Shown here: piece after piece, positions 45,763-54,059 of the stretch
Layout of the letters: every line of letters starts with the position of its first letter
Numbering within the stretch: the stretch's first letter is position 1
DNA from: a virus
Lineage: Duplodnaviria > Caudoviricetes
DNA: 54,059 bases
Virus record (IMG/VR): IMGVR_UViG_3300033150_000652
Span: 1 to 54,059 of that record
Reading direction: 5' to 3' (one strand)
The notes under the pieces: generated by a model
Database searches by the model: none
What the model was told of the DNA's origin: nothing
Seen by the model: only the letters and a program-made list of their open reading frames with translations
Position numbers and translations under genes: made by a program

Positions 45763-48430
45763 TTAACTCAAGTCGTTCACGTGCTCTAACCGAACGTACC
45801 AATTGTCATTCAGGGACTTGCAATCGTGTGATGCTTTCCAACCCACGCTACCACGTAGGTTCAATGGGTTGTCCGCCCCACCAGAGTCCACTGGCTTGAC
45901 AATCAGTTCCACCGGCCTTACACGTTGACCCGTCATGGTGTGTTCCTCAGTGCCCGCCGTGTCTACTTCCTGCGGTAACGTATTGCCTATGCCAACTATA
46001 CCGTAGGCTTCTTTCAATCTGTTACCCCCCATTTGGGTGGATAGGTCATTTCTGCCTATCTCTCATGGTTTCCCATGAGTTCGGACTATCCCTTGGATTT
46101 GACAATCCCGCTCATTATAGTCTCTGAACGTTCCCCATTTCTGAGGCTTCGCTGCGGGTTACCCAATCCTTAGCCTTTTTAAGCATTCGCGCTTATCCTT
46201 TCGGATTACGCTGTAGCGGCTAAGGCTCTAAGGGCGTTCCTGCAATTTCGAGCGTTTTGCATCGGCAAAGAATTTTCACCGATGAACAGCATGGCATAGA
46301 CATCAGCGTTACTTGCACCTCCATCCGTCCACTCTTTCACATTCGAGGACATGTAGAAGTCGCAGTTCAAGAACGACCCAATGTATCCTGTCTTCATCGG
46401 GTTGCTCTCATCCCGCGCATACGCGCCCTCGAAAGCATTCCGCTCTGTTACTTGTGAACCCTTTCGGGCGGGCTAGTCATTTCTGCTAGCCTCTCATGGT
46501 TTCCCATGAGTTCGGACTGTCGCTTCACCTTGCGGTGTCCCCTCGCTCAACGAGCATTAACATAGTGCATATTCATTTTATAATCAAACATAGGCAACAC
46601 ATATGGACGGATAATATCAAACAGTTTTTGGCCCTCTTTGGCCCCCATTCCCAATACCCAATATTTACCCTTATGCCTCGAAATGCGAGTTGAAATTCCA
46701 AATCGCTCGGTTAGAAACTCTCGCATAATTTCATGTTCTTCACGGCTGAAAGCCTGGGTATGGAAATGAATTTCTCTGCTTTTGGGAGACTTGCGTCCCG
46801 ATGTCAAAACTCGATAGTGGATGGTTAACGAACCATCATCCATATACCAATATGCCAATCCTTGTGCATCCAATGGCATCAGGGCCTGCAAACTTATTGT
46901 TTTTCTTCCATTAGGATACCACCGTTTGCGCAATTTGGTATAGATAGGATGCGTGCGTGTCTCGGCAATTATTGTACCATATCCCCACCCATTATCAGGG
47001 ACCTCTCGCACATTTACGTGCGTTATCTCACGCAAAATAGCCACTTTGTGTAAAAGATACGAGCGTTGTGAGGGACTATGCTGTAGTTTAAGCATCGCAT
47101 GACGCCCCCCGTGGGATACTACAAGGCTTGCATCTCCCAAAATCATACCCGTCAATATGTTCAGCGGAACGGACACTATATGCCCTCCTTTTGCTGCTAT
47201 GTTAATGTCTCTAGTCTCTGCCCCTAGTTCGGAATCAATTCCCATCAGCATCTGCTGACCCTTGGGTCGGGTTGCCATGCGCTTTAGCGTTTAGGCTTTC
47301 CCGTTATTCAGAGGGGATTTAACGTTCCCGAATGCTAAGCGGCCAGGAACGACGGGTCCTGCATTAGAGTTACCCACAATCTGTTACTTGTTAACCCTTT
47401 CGGGCGGATAGGTCATTTCTGCCTATCTCTCCACCTTCACCGTTAGGTTATACGTGGAGTTCGGACTATATCATCACCCACTTGGGGTGCCCCGCTCATA
47501 GTCTCTACACACGCCCACCTTTCGGCTGCTTGGCTCGGTATTACCCTCCTCAGGGCTTCCACCGAATTCACGGGGTTTTCCACCGCATATTGCTACGCGG
47601 CGCACCTGGTTAAACAAGTGTCGGGATGAAGTATCGCCACATACCGCGCCCCCTCCACTGGCAGGGCATCGTTCGCCATAAGCGTGCCCAGGGCCTTCAC
47701 TACGTCCGTATAAGAAATCTTATCGTTCGTAGTATCCAGCCCCGTTCGAGCCGTAGCAGTCCCCGAATACTGCACAGAACCGTTTGCCACTAGGACATCG
47801 CGGGTGAGAGTGTCAATAGACAATCCGCACTGCTCGCCTAGGATAGCACTGAAGTTCTGAAGTATCGGGTCAATGCTGGTCAACTCAAGCACATCGCTAT
47901 GGCGTAGATAGTACCCGTACCAAGAGGGCGTGGCCGTAACCTTCGTAACGCTGGCGCTACCCGCTGCTGGCGTCTGGCCCTCGGTAAGAGCCGTAGTAGT
48001 CGCGCTCAAGGCACCGAACTTACGCCATTGAAGTTTGTTACCCTCATTCTTGTTAATGGTCGCCTTGACCCCCCACCGCCCATGAATGAGCCGTGGTAAC
48101 GCACGGGTCAAGAGTCGCATTTCGTAGTCAATCTGTTACCCCTCGGTTATATTCAGTTTATTAAAGTTCCGAGTGGGCTGGTCATTTCTGCCAGCCTCTC
48201 CACCTTCACTGTTAGGTTATACGTGGAGTTCAGACTATATCATCATCCCAGAGGGATGCTCCCCGCATAGTCGTTACACACGCCCGCCTTTCGGCTGCTT
48301 GGCTCGGTATTACCCTCCTCAGGGCTTCCACCGAATTCAGGGAGTTATTGCCCCATAGTTGCCTATGGGCGACGCACTATCCGTACGTCCGCATTTCATT
48401 GCTAAGCGTACTGGTTGTCTCCGTAGCCAT
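45763..48430 (-). CDS. Major capsid protein (N4-gp56 type), five exons: 48385-48430, 47617-48128, 47345-47376, 46278-46440, 45763-46014; 334 aa spliced
   Basis: Joins give EMRTY/YEMRLL, ILHPDT/WVTLMQDPSFL/NAF and LFIG/KEAYG; family motifs LTEG.TP, YVAILHP and NPLN.RG.VGWK; 1005 nt in frame. Confidence 0.92.
46015..46277 (-). ncRNA. Group I intron 4 (263 nt)
   Basis: P1 caucggU/Gccgaug, P10 aaagaa/uucuuu, P aauugcaggaa, Q aacccgcagc, R uucagagacua, S gggauaguc. Confidence 0.92.
46441..47344 (-). mobile_element. Group I intron 3 (904 nt) carrying a homing endonuclease
   Basis: P1 cguuccU/Gggaacg, P10 gaaugcu/agcauuc, R gcagagacu, S gcgacaguc. Confidence 0.92.
46547..47176 (-). CDS. LAGLIDADG homing endonuclease (two-motif), intron-encoded
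   Basis: LTGMILGDASL and LAYWYMDDGS; GTG at 47176 after AAGGAGG. Confidence 0.92.
   Translation of the reverse strand: MSVPLNILTGMILGDASLVVSHGGRHAMLKLQHSPSQRSYLLHKVAILREITHVNVREVPDNGWGYGTIIAETRTHPIYTKLRKRWYPNGRKTISLQALMPLDAQGLAYWYMDDGSLTIHYRVLTSGRKSPKSREIHFHTQAFSREEHEIMREFLTERFGISTRISRHKGKYWVLGMGAKEGQKLFDIIRPYVLPMFDYKMNMHYVNAR
47377..47616 (-). ncRNA. Group I intron 2 (240 nt)
   Basis: P1 cacU/Ggug, P10 ugg/cca, R guagagacua, S gauauaguc; core nearly identical to intron 1. Confidence 0.9.
48129..48384 (-). ncRNA. Group I intron 1 (256 nt)
   Basis: P1 gacgU/Gcguc, P10 acua/uagu, R guaacgacua, S gauauaguc, terminal G. Confidence 0.92.
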
Positions 48431-48483
48431 TCTAAACCTCCTTCAAGTGTTTCCCCCAGTACGCTTTTACGCATACTGGGTTG

Positions 48484-49155
48484 TTAAACTGGTATCTCGT
48501 CTTTGCTTAGTTTCCCCGAAGCACCCTGTCGGAATATCTCCTCCATTTCCTCCCAGGAGAGTTCCTTCCAGGAACGCCTCTTGGAAACCCTGCGTGGGAC
48601 ACCACTAGCAACCTTCGGGGGTTCCGCACGTCGGCCAGTACGACGGTCTTTCAGCCAATCCATAGCAGAACGCTGCATGGCTTCAGGACTGGAGTAATCC
48701 AGTTTGTCCTTCGGGATGCCGTATTCTTGGCTATACCATTCCGCCATCGAATCGCGATAAGCACGCGCTTGCTCTAAAGCCTGAAGTTGGGCGGCCTGTT
48801 GCTGAGTTTGCAGAGCAATATTGCGATAATACTCTGCCAACTGCCTGGCCTCCTCAAGTTCCGCCTGCTCCCGCTCCGCTGGCGTAAGGCTAGCATAATA
48901 CTGCTCCCGTAGACGCTGTTGCAAACTCGCCAATTGCTGCTGATACACGGCAAGTTGCCTCTGGTACTCCGCCTCCCGCTGCCTGAATTGCTGTTCCGTC
49001 TCATGTGCCTTGCGCTGGAACGTACTCTTCAGTTTGTTGATGTCCTCTTGCAGTTTAGCAACTTGCGCCTGAGTGTCTTGGGCGTCAACTTCGGGCGTCG
49101 CCTCTTGTACTTCTTCGGCAACCCCTTCGTTAACCCCTACCACTTCCTCTGGCAT
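48484..49155 (-). CDS. Scaffolding protein (putative)
   Basis: Acidic N-terminus and Q/E-rich coiled coil, immediately upstream of the capsid gene. Confidence 0.75.
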   Translation of the reverse strand: MPEEVVGVNEGVAEEVQEATPEVDAQDTQAQVAKLQEDINKLKSTFQRKAHETEQQFRQREAEYQRQLAVYQQQLASLQQRLREQYYASLTPAEREQAELEEARQLAEYYRNIALQTQQQAAQLQALEQARAYRDSMAEWYSQEYGIPKDKLDYSSPEAMQRSAMDWLKDRRTGRRAEPPKVASGVPRRVSKRRSWKELSWEEMEEIFRQGASGKLSKDEIPV

Positions 49156-49169
49156 TTTACACCTCCCTT

Positions 49170-50993
49170 TTATAGTATCCAGGGCTTATGCTGATTGAAC
49201 CCACCACGCGGCGTCGGGATAGGATAACGTGGCCGTTGTGGTGGCCTCGCTATGCCTCCCACCCTGCCCCTAGGCTGCGGGGGCGTCCAATCAACAGGCC
49301 CAGAACCTACTGGTAATTTGGCTAGTAGGTCTTCCCACGTCTCATACTCCGTCGGAGGACCTATCATCGCTGGCCTGAATACCTCCCACCAAGTGGTATA
49401 ACGACCAGGCACTTCCTCTGGTAATTTCTCAAACAACGATTCCCATGTCTCATAGGTGGTCAACGGTTCTTGTACGATTTCGCCTAAATATTCCTTCCAT
49501 GCTTCTGGAGTTTCTGGCAATGGGATTTGGTTCTCCCACTTTTCCTTTACGACATCCCAGAACATCCCACCAAACATGGCTAACCAACTATCGAAATTCG
49601 GTTGGTCAAAGCGATTGCGCTCATATAGATTTTGTAGCATATTCCATAATGGGCGGGGGATATATTCCCCATACATCCAATAACGGCTCAAAGCATCCAT
49701 CGCTTCCTGGCCCGCATTAGAAGCAAGCCAGTCCAGATTGGGCCGCTCCGTCTCCTCCTCTTCAGGTGGTTTGTATTCGGGCAATTCGTATTCGGGGAAA
49801 TACCCCAAAGAAACATCACGCCAGAATGCTCCCTCTAGTAAGTCTGCCCAATCGCTGTAACTTTCAGCGCCCATATCGTTCCGTTTGTAAAGAATTCTTA
49901 ATGCCCGCTGCAGGGCTCGCCATGTCTCCGAGGGGATTCGTTCCCCCGACCACCACCAATCGGTTAAAGTATGGAATAAATCGGGCCCTAATCCTTGCTT
50001 TAACCAGTTCCATAATTCCGTGTTGGGCTCTGGCTGTTCTTCTCCCTCTGGCCCACCCTCGCCAAAATACCAATCTAATAACGCTTTCAGGTCATCACGA
50101 CTTTCCAAAAACGGTACTAATTGTGGATATGCCGTTGCCAGCCAAGGGTCAATTGGAACCGTAATGCTATCCCATGTTCGCCATAAATCCTCGAAAGCAC
50201 GCTTAGCATCTTCGTCGCTCTCTACCAGATTTTTGAAAATCTTATGGAGGGTTTCCGTTGCACCCTCTTGAACGAAATACCATTGTAGCGTTTCTAGCAA
50301 ATCGTCTACACTATCAAAATTATCTGCAATGCGGGGATCGTCCTTTACCCTGTCCCATACCTCATCCATATCCCCCGATAGCATATCGGCAAATACATCT
50401 TCAAAGAATGTGCGATTTGCTTCGTCTCGTATTAAATCAATAAATGTGTTGTGGCGACCTTCTAATGCTTCCTGGGTGGTGAAATACTCCCTAACCGCTT
50501 TAAGGAATTCCCCCATTCCCGTTCGTTGCCATATGTCCACAATGCGGGGTTGGTTGAGAATAATCCACTCTATAATGTCCCTATCCGAGGCATCGGGATT
50601 GTCCTTCATATACTGCCATACGGCCTCATACATCGCCCGCACTTCGTCATTCTGCATATGGCGACGGAAGGCATCCATGAGTTCTTCGGATGGCTTTTGT
50701 GCCTGTTCTATTGGGTCTCCCCAGCGCTCTTCCCACTTGGCCGCCTCATTGGGGAAGCGATTTTTCAAATGATTGAAAAAGCCCTCTAGGTCATTTTGCC
50801 ACCGTTCGAGACGATTCCAAGGTACCGCTTGAGTAGCATAAGTCCATCCTGCCTCCAAACCATATTCGTACATGACTTTCAGGATACGTTTCATCGTTTC
50901 ACGATACCGCCCAGCACTAAAGGTACTAGGGTCGGGATAGCCCTCTTGTTCCCATACTTGTATCAACCAATCAGGAGGTAGTTGTGAGGCCAT
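49170..50993 (-). CDS. Hypothetical acidic helical protein, 607 aa
   Basis: Long ORF with repeated helical units and T.YETWE.L..KLP repeats. Confidence 0.7.
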   Translation of the reverse strand: MASQLPPDWLIQVWEQEGYPDPSTFSAGRYRETMKRILKVMYEYGLEAGWTYATQAVPWNRLERWQNDLEGFFNHLKNRFPNEAAKWEERWGDPIEQAQKPSEELMDAFRRHMQNDEVRAMYEAVWQYMKDNPDASDRDIIEWIILNQPRIVDIWQRTGMGEFLKAVREYFTTQEALEGRHNTFIDLIRDEANRTFFEDVFADMLSGDMDEVWDRVKDDPRIADNFDSVDDLLETLQWYFVQEGATETLHKIFKNLVESDEDAKRAFEDLWRTWDSITVPIDPWLATAYPQLVPFLESRDDLKALLDWYFGEGGPEGEEQPEPNTELWNWLKQGLGPDLFHTLTDWWWSGERIPSETWRALQRALRILYKRNDMGAESYSDWADLLEGAFWRDVSLGYFPEYELPEYKPPEEEETERPNLDWLASNAGQEAMDALSRYWMYGEYIPRPLWNMLQNLYERNRFDQPNFDSWLAMFGGMFWDVVKEKWENQIPLPETPEAWKEYLGEIVQEPLTTYETWESLFEKLPEEVPGRYTTWWEVFRPAMIGPPTEYETWEDLLAKLPVGSGPVDWTPPQPRGRVGGIARPPQRPRYPIPTPRGGFNQHKPWIL

Positions 50994-53945
50994 CTATTTC
51001 CTCCTCTTCGGTAGACGCTTTTCCACCCAGGGATACTTGCGTCGTAGATAACTAAATACCCAATCGGCGTTCAGCCATTTGCGCCTGCGGATTTCCTTAC
51101 CGTAATTCTTCTTCAGCCATGCCCATGTCGTATCCACGCCGTATATAAACATCCGCGTAAGCACTGCAATCTCAAATATCTCATCCTCATTTATACGAGG
51201 TGGTTTTTGTCGTTTTCTCTTCCCCTCTTTGGTCTCTGGCACGATAGGTGTGGTAGGCCCCTCCACTGCCTCCTTGTATCCTGGCGGGGTAGGTTGACCT
51301 TTCACCGAGAATGGAGGCGTAGGCCCCTTTTCTCCTATGCGCCCAGGTCGTATTGGGTGCACTAACTCTTCGGGAGGCTCAAATCCGCCCTTGGGATAGA
51401 AGGTGGCGTATTCAGGGCTGATACGCCGTAACTCTTCTCTTGCCCCCCAGAATTCCTTTAATACCTGGAATTCATGTGAGTTCTTGTCCAACTTTTTGTT
51501 GAAGTAATCGTCCTGAATGTCATAGATATTACGCCCAGCCTTATCACTAAACATTTGAACTAATCGGTCATTTTCGCGCCTAGCCTTCTCTACGGCGCTC
51601 AACTCCTCTGGGAGAATTCGTCTGCCCCCATATATTGGCCCCGTTACAGGTACTGTGGGCCCCATTGGTGGTGGGATTGGCACGCCAAACAATTGCTCCG
51701 CCCGTCGTTCTCCAGGATATTCAACTTGTGGAGGCACAACTCCCCACTGGAATGGCCTCTCCGTGCCTCCAGGGACTTGATGTAGCCAGGCCCACATCTG
51801 CTCATCCGCCAGCCTTGCCCTTTCCTCGGCGGGGTAAAATCGCTTGAACGGTTTGCCCAGTAATCTGTTCAATCCTGGATGCAATCTTAATTGACGCCAA
51901 ATCTCAGATTCCAATATCTCCCGTTCCGTATCATTGCGGGCCATGTATTCCTCAAGATCGGGGAATACCACATCAGATAGCGCCTGTTCTACCTCTTTTC
52001 TATCCCATTCAGGATGTATCCTGATGACTTCTTCTATGTAGTCTCTTGCAGGCTTCGGCCCATACTGAGCAACTACCTTATCCTTGTCCTCACTGGCAAA
52101 GAATTCGTTTTGGGCTTGTGTCATCTCATCACGATATAGACGATAGGCCGCTTCCAGCGGGTCATCAAACTCGCCTAGTGCCCGCTCAAACTCTATTTCC
52201 CTAACAGGGATACCCTCACCTTCTACATACTGGGCCAGCATCTCCCCTCGTGGGATTCCTTCAGGGGTTAGTTGCCGTTTGAATATATCCCTTGCCCTGT
52301 AGTAGGCATCCCAATCAATCTTGCCCTCAGCATCCTTGAATTCGTCAGGCTTAATCTCTCGATATTCTTTAACCGCCCGCTCTGCTGGGGTCTCTGGTTT
52401 CCATTCTCGCAATACATCAGCAAATTTCTTTTTCCAATCACCTAATGCTGCATAATACTCTTGCTGTAATCTGTAATGCTCACGCGTGCCAGGAGTGCGC
52501 AAGGCTAGTTCTGGTTCATATTGCTTTTGTATGGCCTCCCTACCCTTATAATATTCGGCGAGTCTGATTTCCTTTCGCGCTTCCTCTGGGTCATCAAAGG
52601 CCATCCAATAGGTGATAAGTTCTGGGTGTTCCTCTAAAATATCGGATTTGGTTTTTACTTTCCCAATATCCATCCCCTCTGCCCTGCGCTCTCCAGGTGC
52701 TCCAAGATATGGCCTCTCCCTGGGCGCTTCTTTGTATTCCTTATATATCTGTCGTAATCGTACTTCCTCTGGCGTGGCGTATTGGATATTGAACGGTGCG
52801 AACATATTGATAAGCCGACGCCATTCATCTCGATTTTCAGCAGCCCTCATCGCCTCGTCCAATGTAGGCCCACCATAAGCAATGGCCCTCATTGCTCCCA
52901 TATGCCCAATAGCACCACTAGGCTCCAACGTAGTGGCGATTTCCCTCGCCCCTCTATACCGTTTCCATCTATCTTCAGTAGGCGTAAACATCGTTTCTAC
53001 AAAGGCATGAGCCGCCTCTTTCTTGCCTTCTGCTTCCAATGGCCTCCAAGCGGCAGGACGTTTATTGAATATATCTTCTACTGCCCGTAACCCCTTAAAT
53101 GGTGCCAGCATCCCTGTCTTCAGATAATATAAACTTTGCCCAGGTAACGTTGCCCCCTCCCCTGGTTGTCGAGGCCAGGAGAATCTTCCTATATGGCTCC
53201 AAGGTATCAAATCCCACGGCTGTTGCTCTGCTGTTACCCCCGCCCAATAGAGGGGCAAATCCCACCAAGGCCAAAGATTTAATCCCACCGTTTGTAACCC
53301 CCGCCTGGCGTAATATGCCGCCCTTTGCCAGGGGGCCATTTCCTCTAGTTCCTTGGAAGACAATCGTTCATATGGCTCTCGGAATTGTGTGGCAGGGGCA
53401 AATAATGGGCGCAAGTCAATTCCAATTGCCCCAAATGGGGTATTGATTATGTAATTATATTTGAACCTAGAAGTTAACCCCGTTTCCTCGCGTGCACCCT
53501 CCGTTCCTCTTGCATATTGACGTACCCAACGCGCGGCTTGAGGGCGTCTCTCTAGTACTTCAGCAAGACCAAATAGGTTTCGTATCTGCCATTTATGGAA
53601 GGGGAAAATCCAATCTAATAGCCAGTCGAAATCGGTGTTATTAGCATAATCTAACAGAATATCGTTAACTTTTATATAGGCGGTGTCCCTAGCCTCCGCT
53701 AACGCATCGGCCCATTCTTGGGCGTATTTTCTGGCTATCGCCATCACTTGGTCTGCATCTTTGGCGCTTACTTCTACAGGTTCTTCTGTTAATGTCTTTA
53801 AGGCCGTCTCCCGCCAAGTCTCTAATTCATCTACAAAACTTGCTACCTCATCGTCTATATGCTTGACAAAACTTGTGTAGAAATCAGCAGGAGTAGCGCC
53901 TGCGCCAGCCGCTTTTGCCCGCTTTAGCATCTCTCGTTCAATCTT
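50994..53945 (-). CDS. Giant virion/DNA-ejection-type protein, 3' part
   Basis: 1018-aa ORF in the track; DY...FPF..W...N segment resembles large podovirus internal proteins (inference). Confidence 0.8.
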   Translation of the reverse strand, partial: KIEREMLKRAKAAGAGATPADFYTSFVKHIDDEVASFVDELETWRETALKTLTEEPVEVSAKDADQVMAIARKYAQEWADALAEARDTAYIKVNDILLDYANNTDFDWLLDWIFPFHKWQIRNLFGLAEVLERRPQAARWVRQYARGTEGAREETGLTSRFKYNYIINTPFGAIGIDLRPLFAPATQFREPYERLSSKELEEMAPWQRAAYYARRGLQTVGLNLWPWWDLPLYWAGVTAEQQPWDLIPWSHIGRFSWPRQPGEGATLPGQSLYYLKTGMLAPFKGLRAVEDIFNKRPAAWRPLEAEGKKEAAHAFVETMFTPTEDRWKRYRGAREIATTLEPSGAIGHMGAMRAIAYGGPTLDEAMRAAENRDEWRRLINMFAPFNIQYATPEEVRLRQIYKEYKEAPRERPYLGAPGERRAEGMDIGKVKTKSDILEEHPELITYWMAFDDPEEARKEIRLAEYYKGREAIQKQYEPELALRTPGTREHYRLQQEYYAALGDWKKKFADVLREWKPETPAERAVKEYREIKPDEFKDAEGKIDWDAYYRARDIFKRQLTPEGIPRGEMLAQYVEGEGIPVREIEFERALGEFDDPLEAAYRLYRDEMTQAQNEFFASEDKDKVVAQYGPKPARDYIEEVIRIHPEWDRKEVEQALSDVVFPDLEEYMARNDTEREILESEIWRQLRLHPGLNRLLGKPFKRFYPAEERARLADEQMWAWLHQVPGGTERPFQWGVVPPQVEYPGERRAEQLFGVPIPPPMGPTVPVTGPIYGGRRILPEELSAVEKARRENDRLVQMFSDKAGRNIYDIQDDYFNKKLDKNSHEFQVLKEFWGAREELRRISPEYATFYPKGGFEPPEELVHPIRPGRIGEKGPTPPFSVKGQPTPPGYKEAVEGPTTPIVPETKEGKRKRQKPPRINEDEIFEIAVLTRMFIYGVDTTWAWLKKNYGKEIRRRKWLNADWVFSYLRRKYPWVEKRLPKRRK

Positions 53946-54059
53946 GGCATATTCATCGGGAGGCAGTTTGCGCAACTCATCCATTGACCAGATTGGCTTG
54001 CCGATTGTGGCCCGCGTGATATTGCGCCAATGGGGGTCGGTAATGCCCAATTCGTTAAC
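53946..54059. repeat. Terminal direct repeat, copy 2
   Basis: Identical to 1-114. Confidence 0.97.

Noticed and set aside
46206-48120. Track ORFs 46206-46397 and 47593-48120, and the 47278 start, as stand-alone genes
   Set aside because: They are exons reading into intron sequence; the endonuclease start with an SD is at 47176
48127-48384. Group II intron (an AC dinucleotide near the 3' boundary)
   Set aside because: No GUGYG 5' end or domain V; P/Q/R/S, P1 and P10 fit group I, and the AC belongs to the exon
45763-48430. Stop-codon reassignment or a capsid pseudogene as the cause of fragmentation
   Set aside because: The fragments are separated by structured inserts with group I motifs and rejoin in frame; other long genes are intact in the standard code and several end in TAG

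Overview
The window is an apparently complete circular bacteriophage genome of 53,945 bp; bases 1-114 are repeated at 53946-54059. Its organisation is podovirus-like. A minus-strand late module holds TerS, TerL, portal, scaffold, an N4-gp56-type major capsid protein, head-tail/tail proteins, a ~2,214-aa ejection-type protein spanning the circle junction, two glycosyltransferases, a methyltransferase, a metallophosphoesterase and holin-like proteins. A plus-strand early/middle module holds many small genes, a beta-clamp-like protein, a Mom-like modifier, an SLT transglycosylase, a glycoside hydrolase, recombination proteins, a DnaD-type initiator, DnaB and a DNA methyltransferase. I found no integrase, repressor, tRNA or CRISPR array. 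The main hidden feature is that the capsid gene is split by four group I introns. All splice junctions can be placed from P1/P10 pairing and restore a 334-aa protein. One exon is only 32 nt, one intron carries a LAGLIDADG endonuclease, and the introns share swapped sequence modules. Other notable signals are a conserved N-terminal tag (MIDPSxQGGYK) on consecutive genes between TerL and portal, alternating intergenic repeats in the early region, a candidate anti-Shine-Dalgarno RNA, a chain of tiny membrane peptides after TerS, orphan antitoxin-like genes and Chloroflexota-like protein signatures. Product names come from motif recognition by eye, not from database searches.
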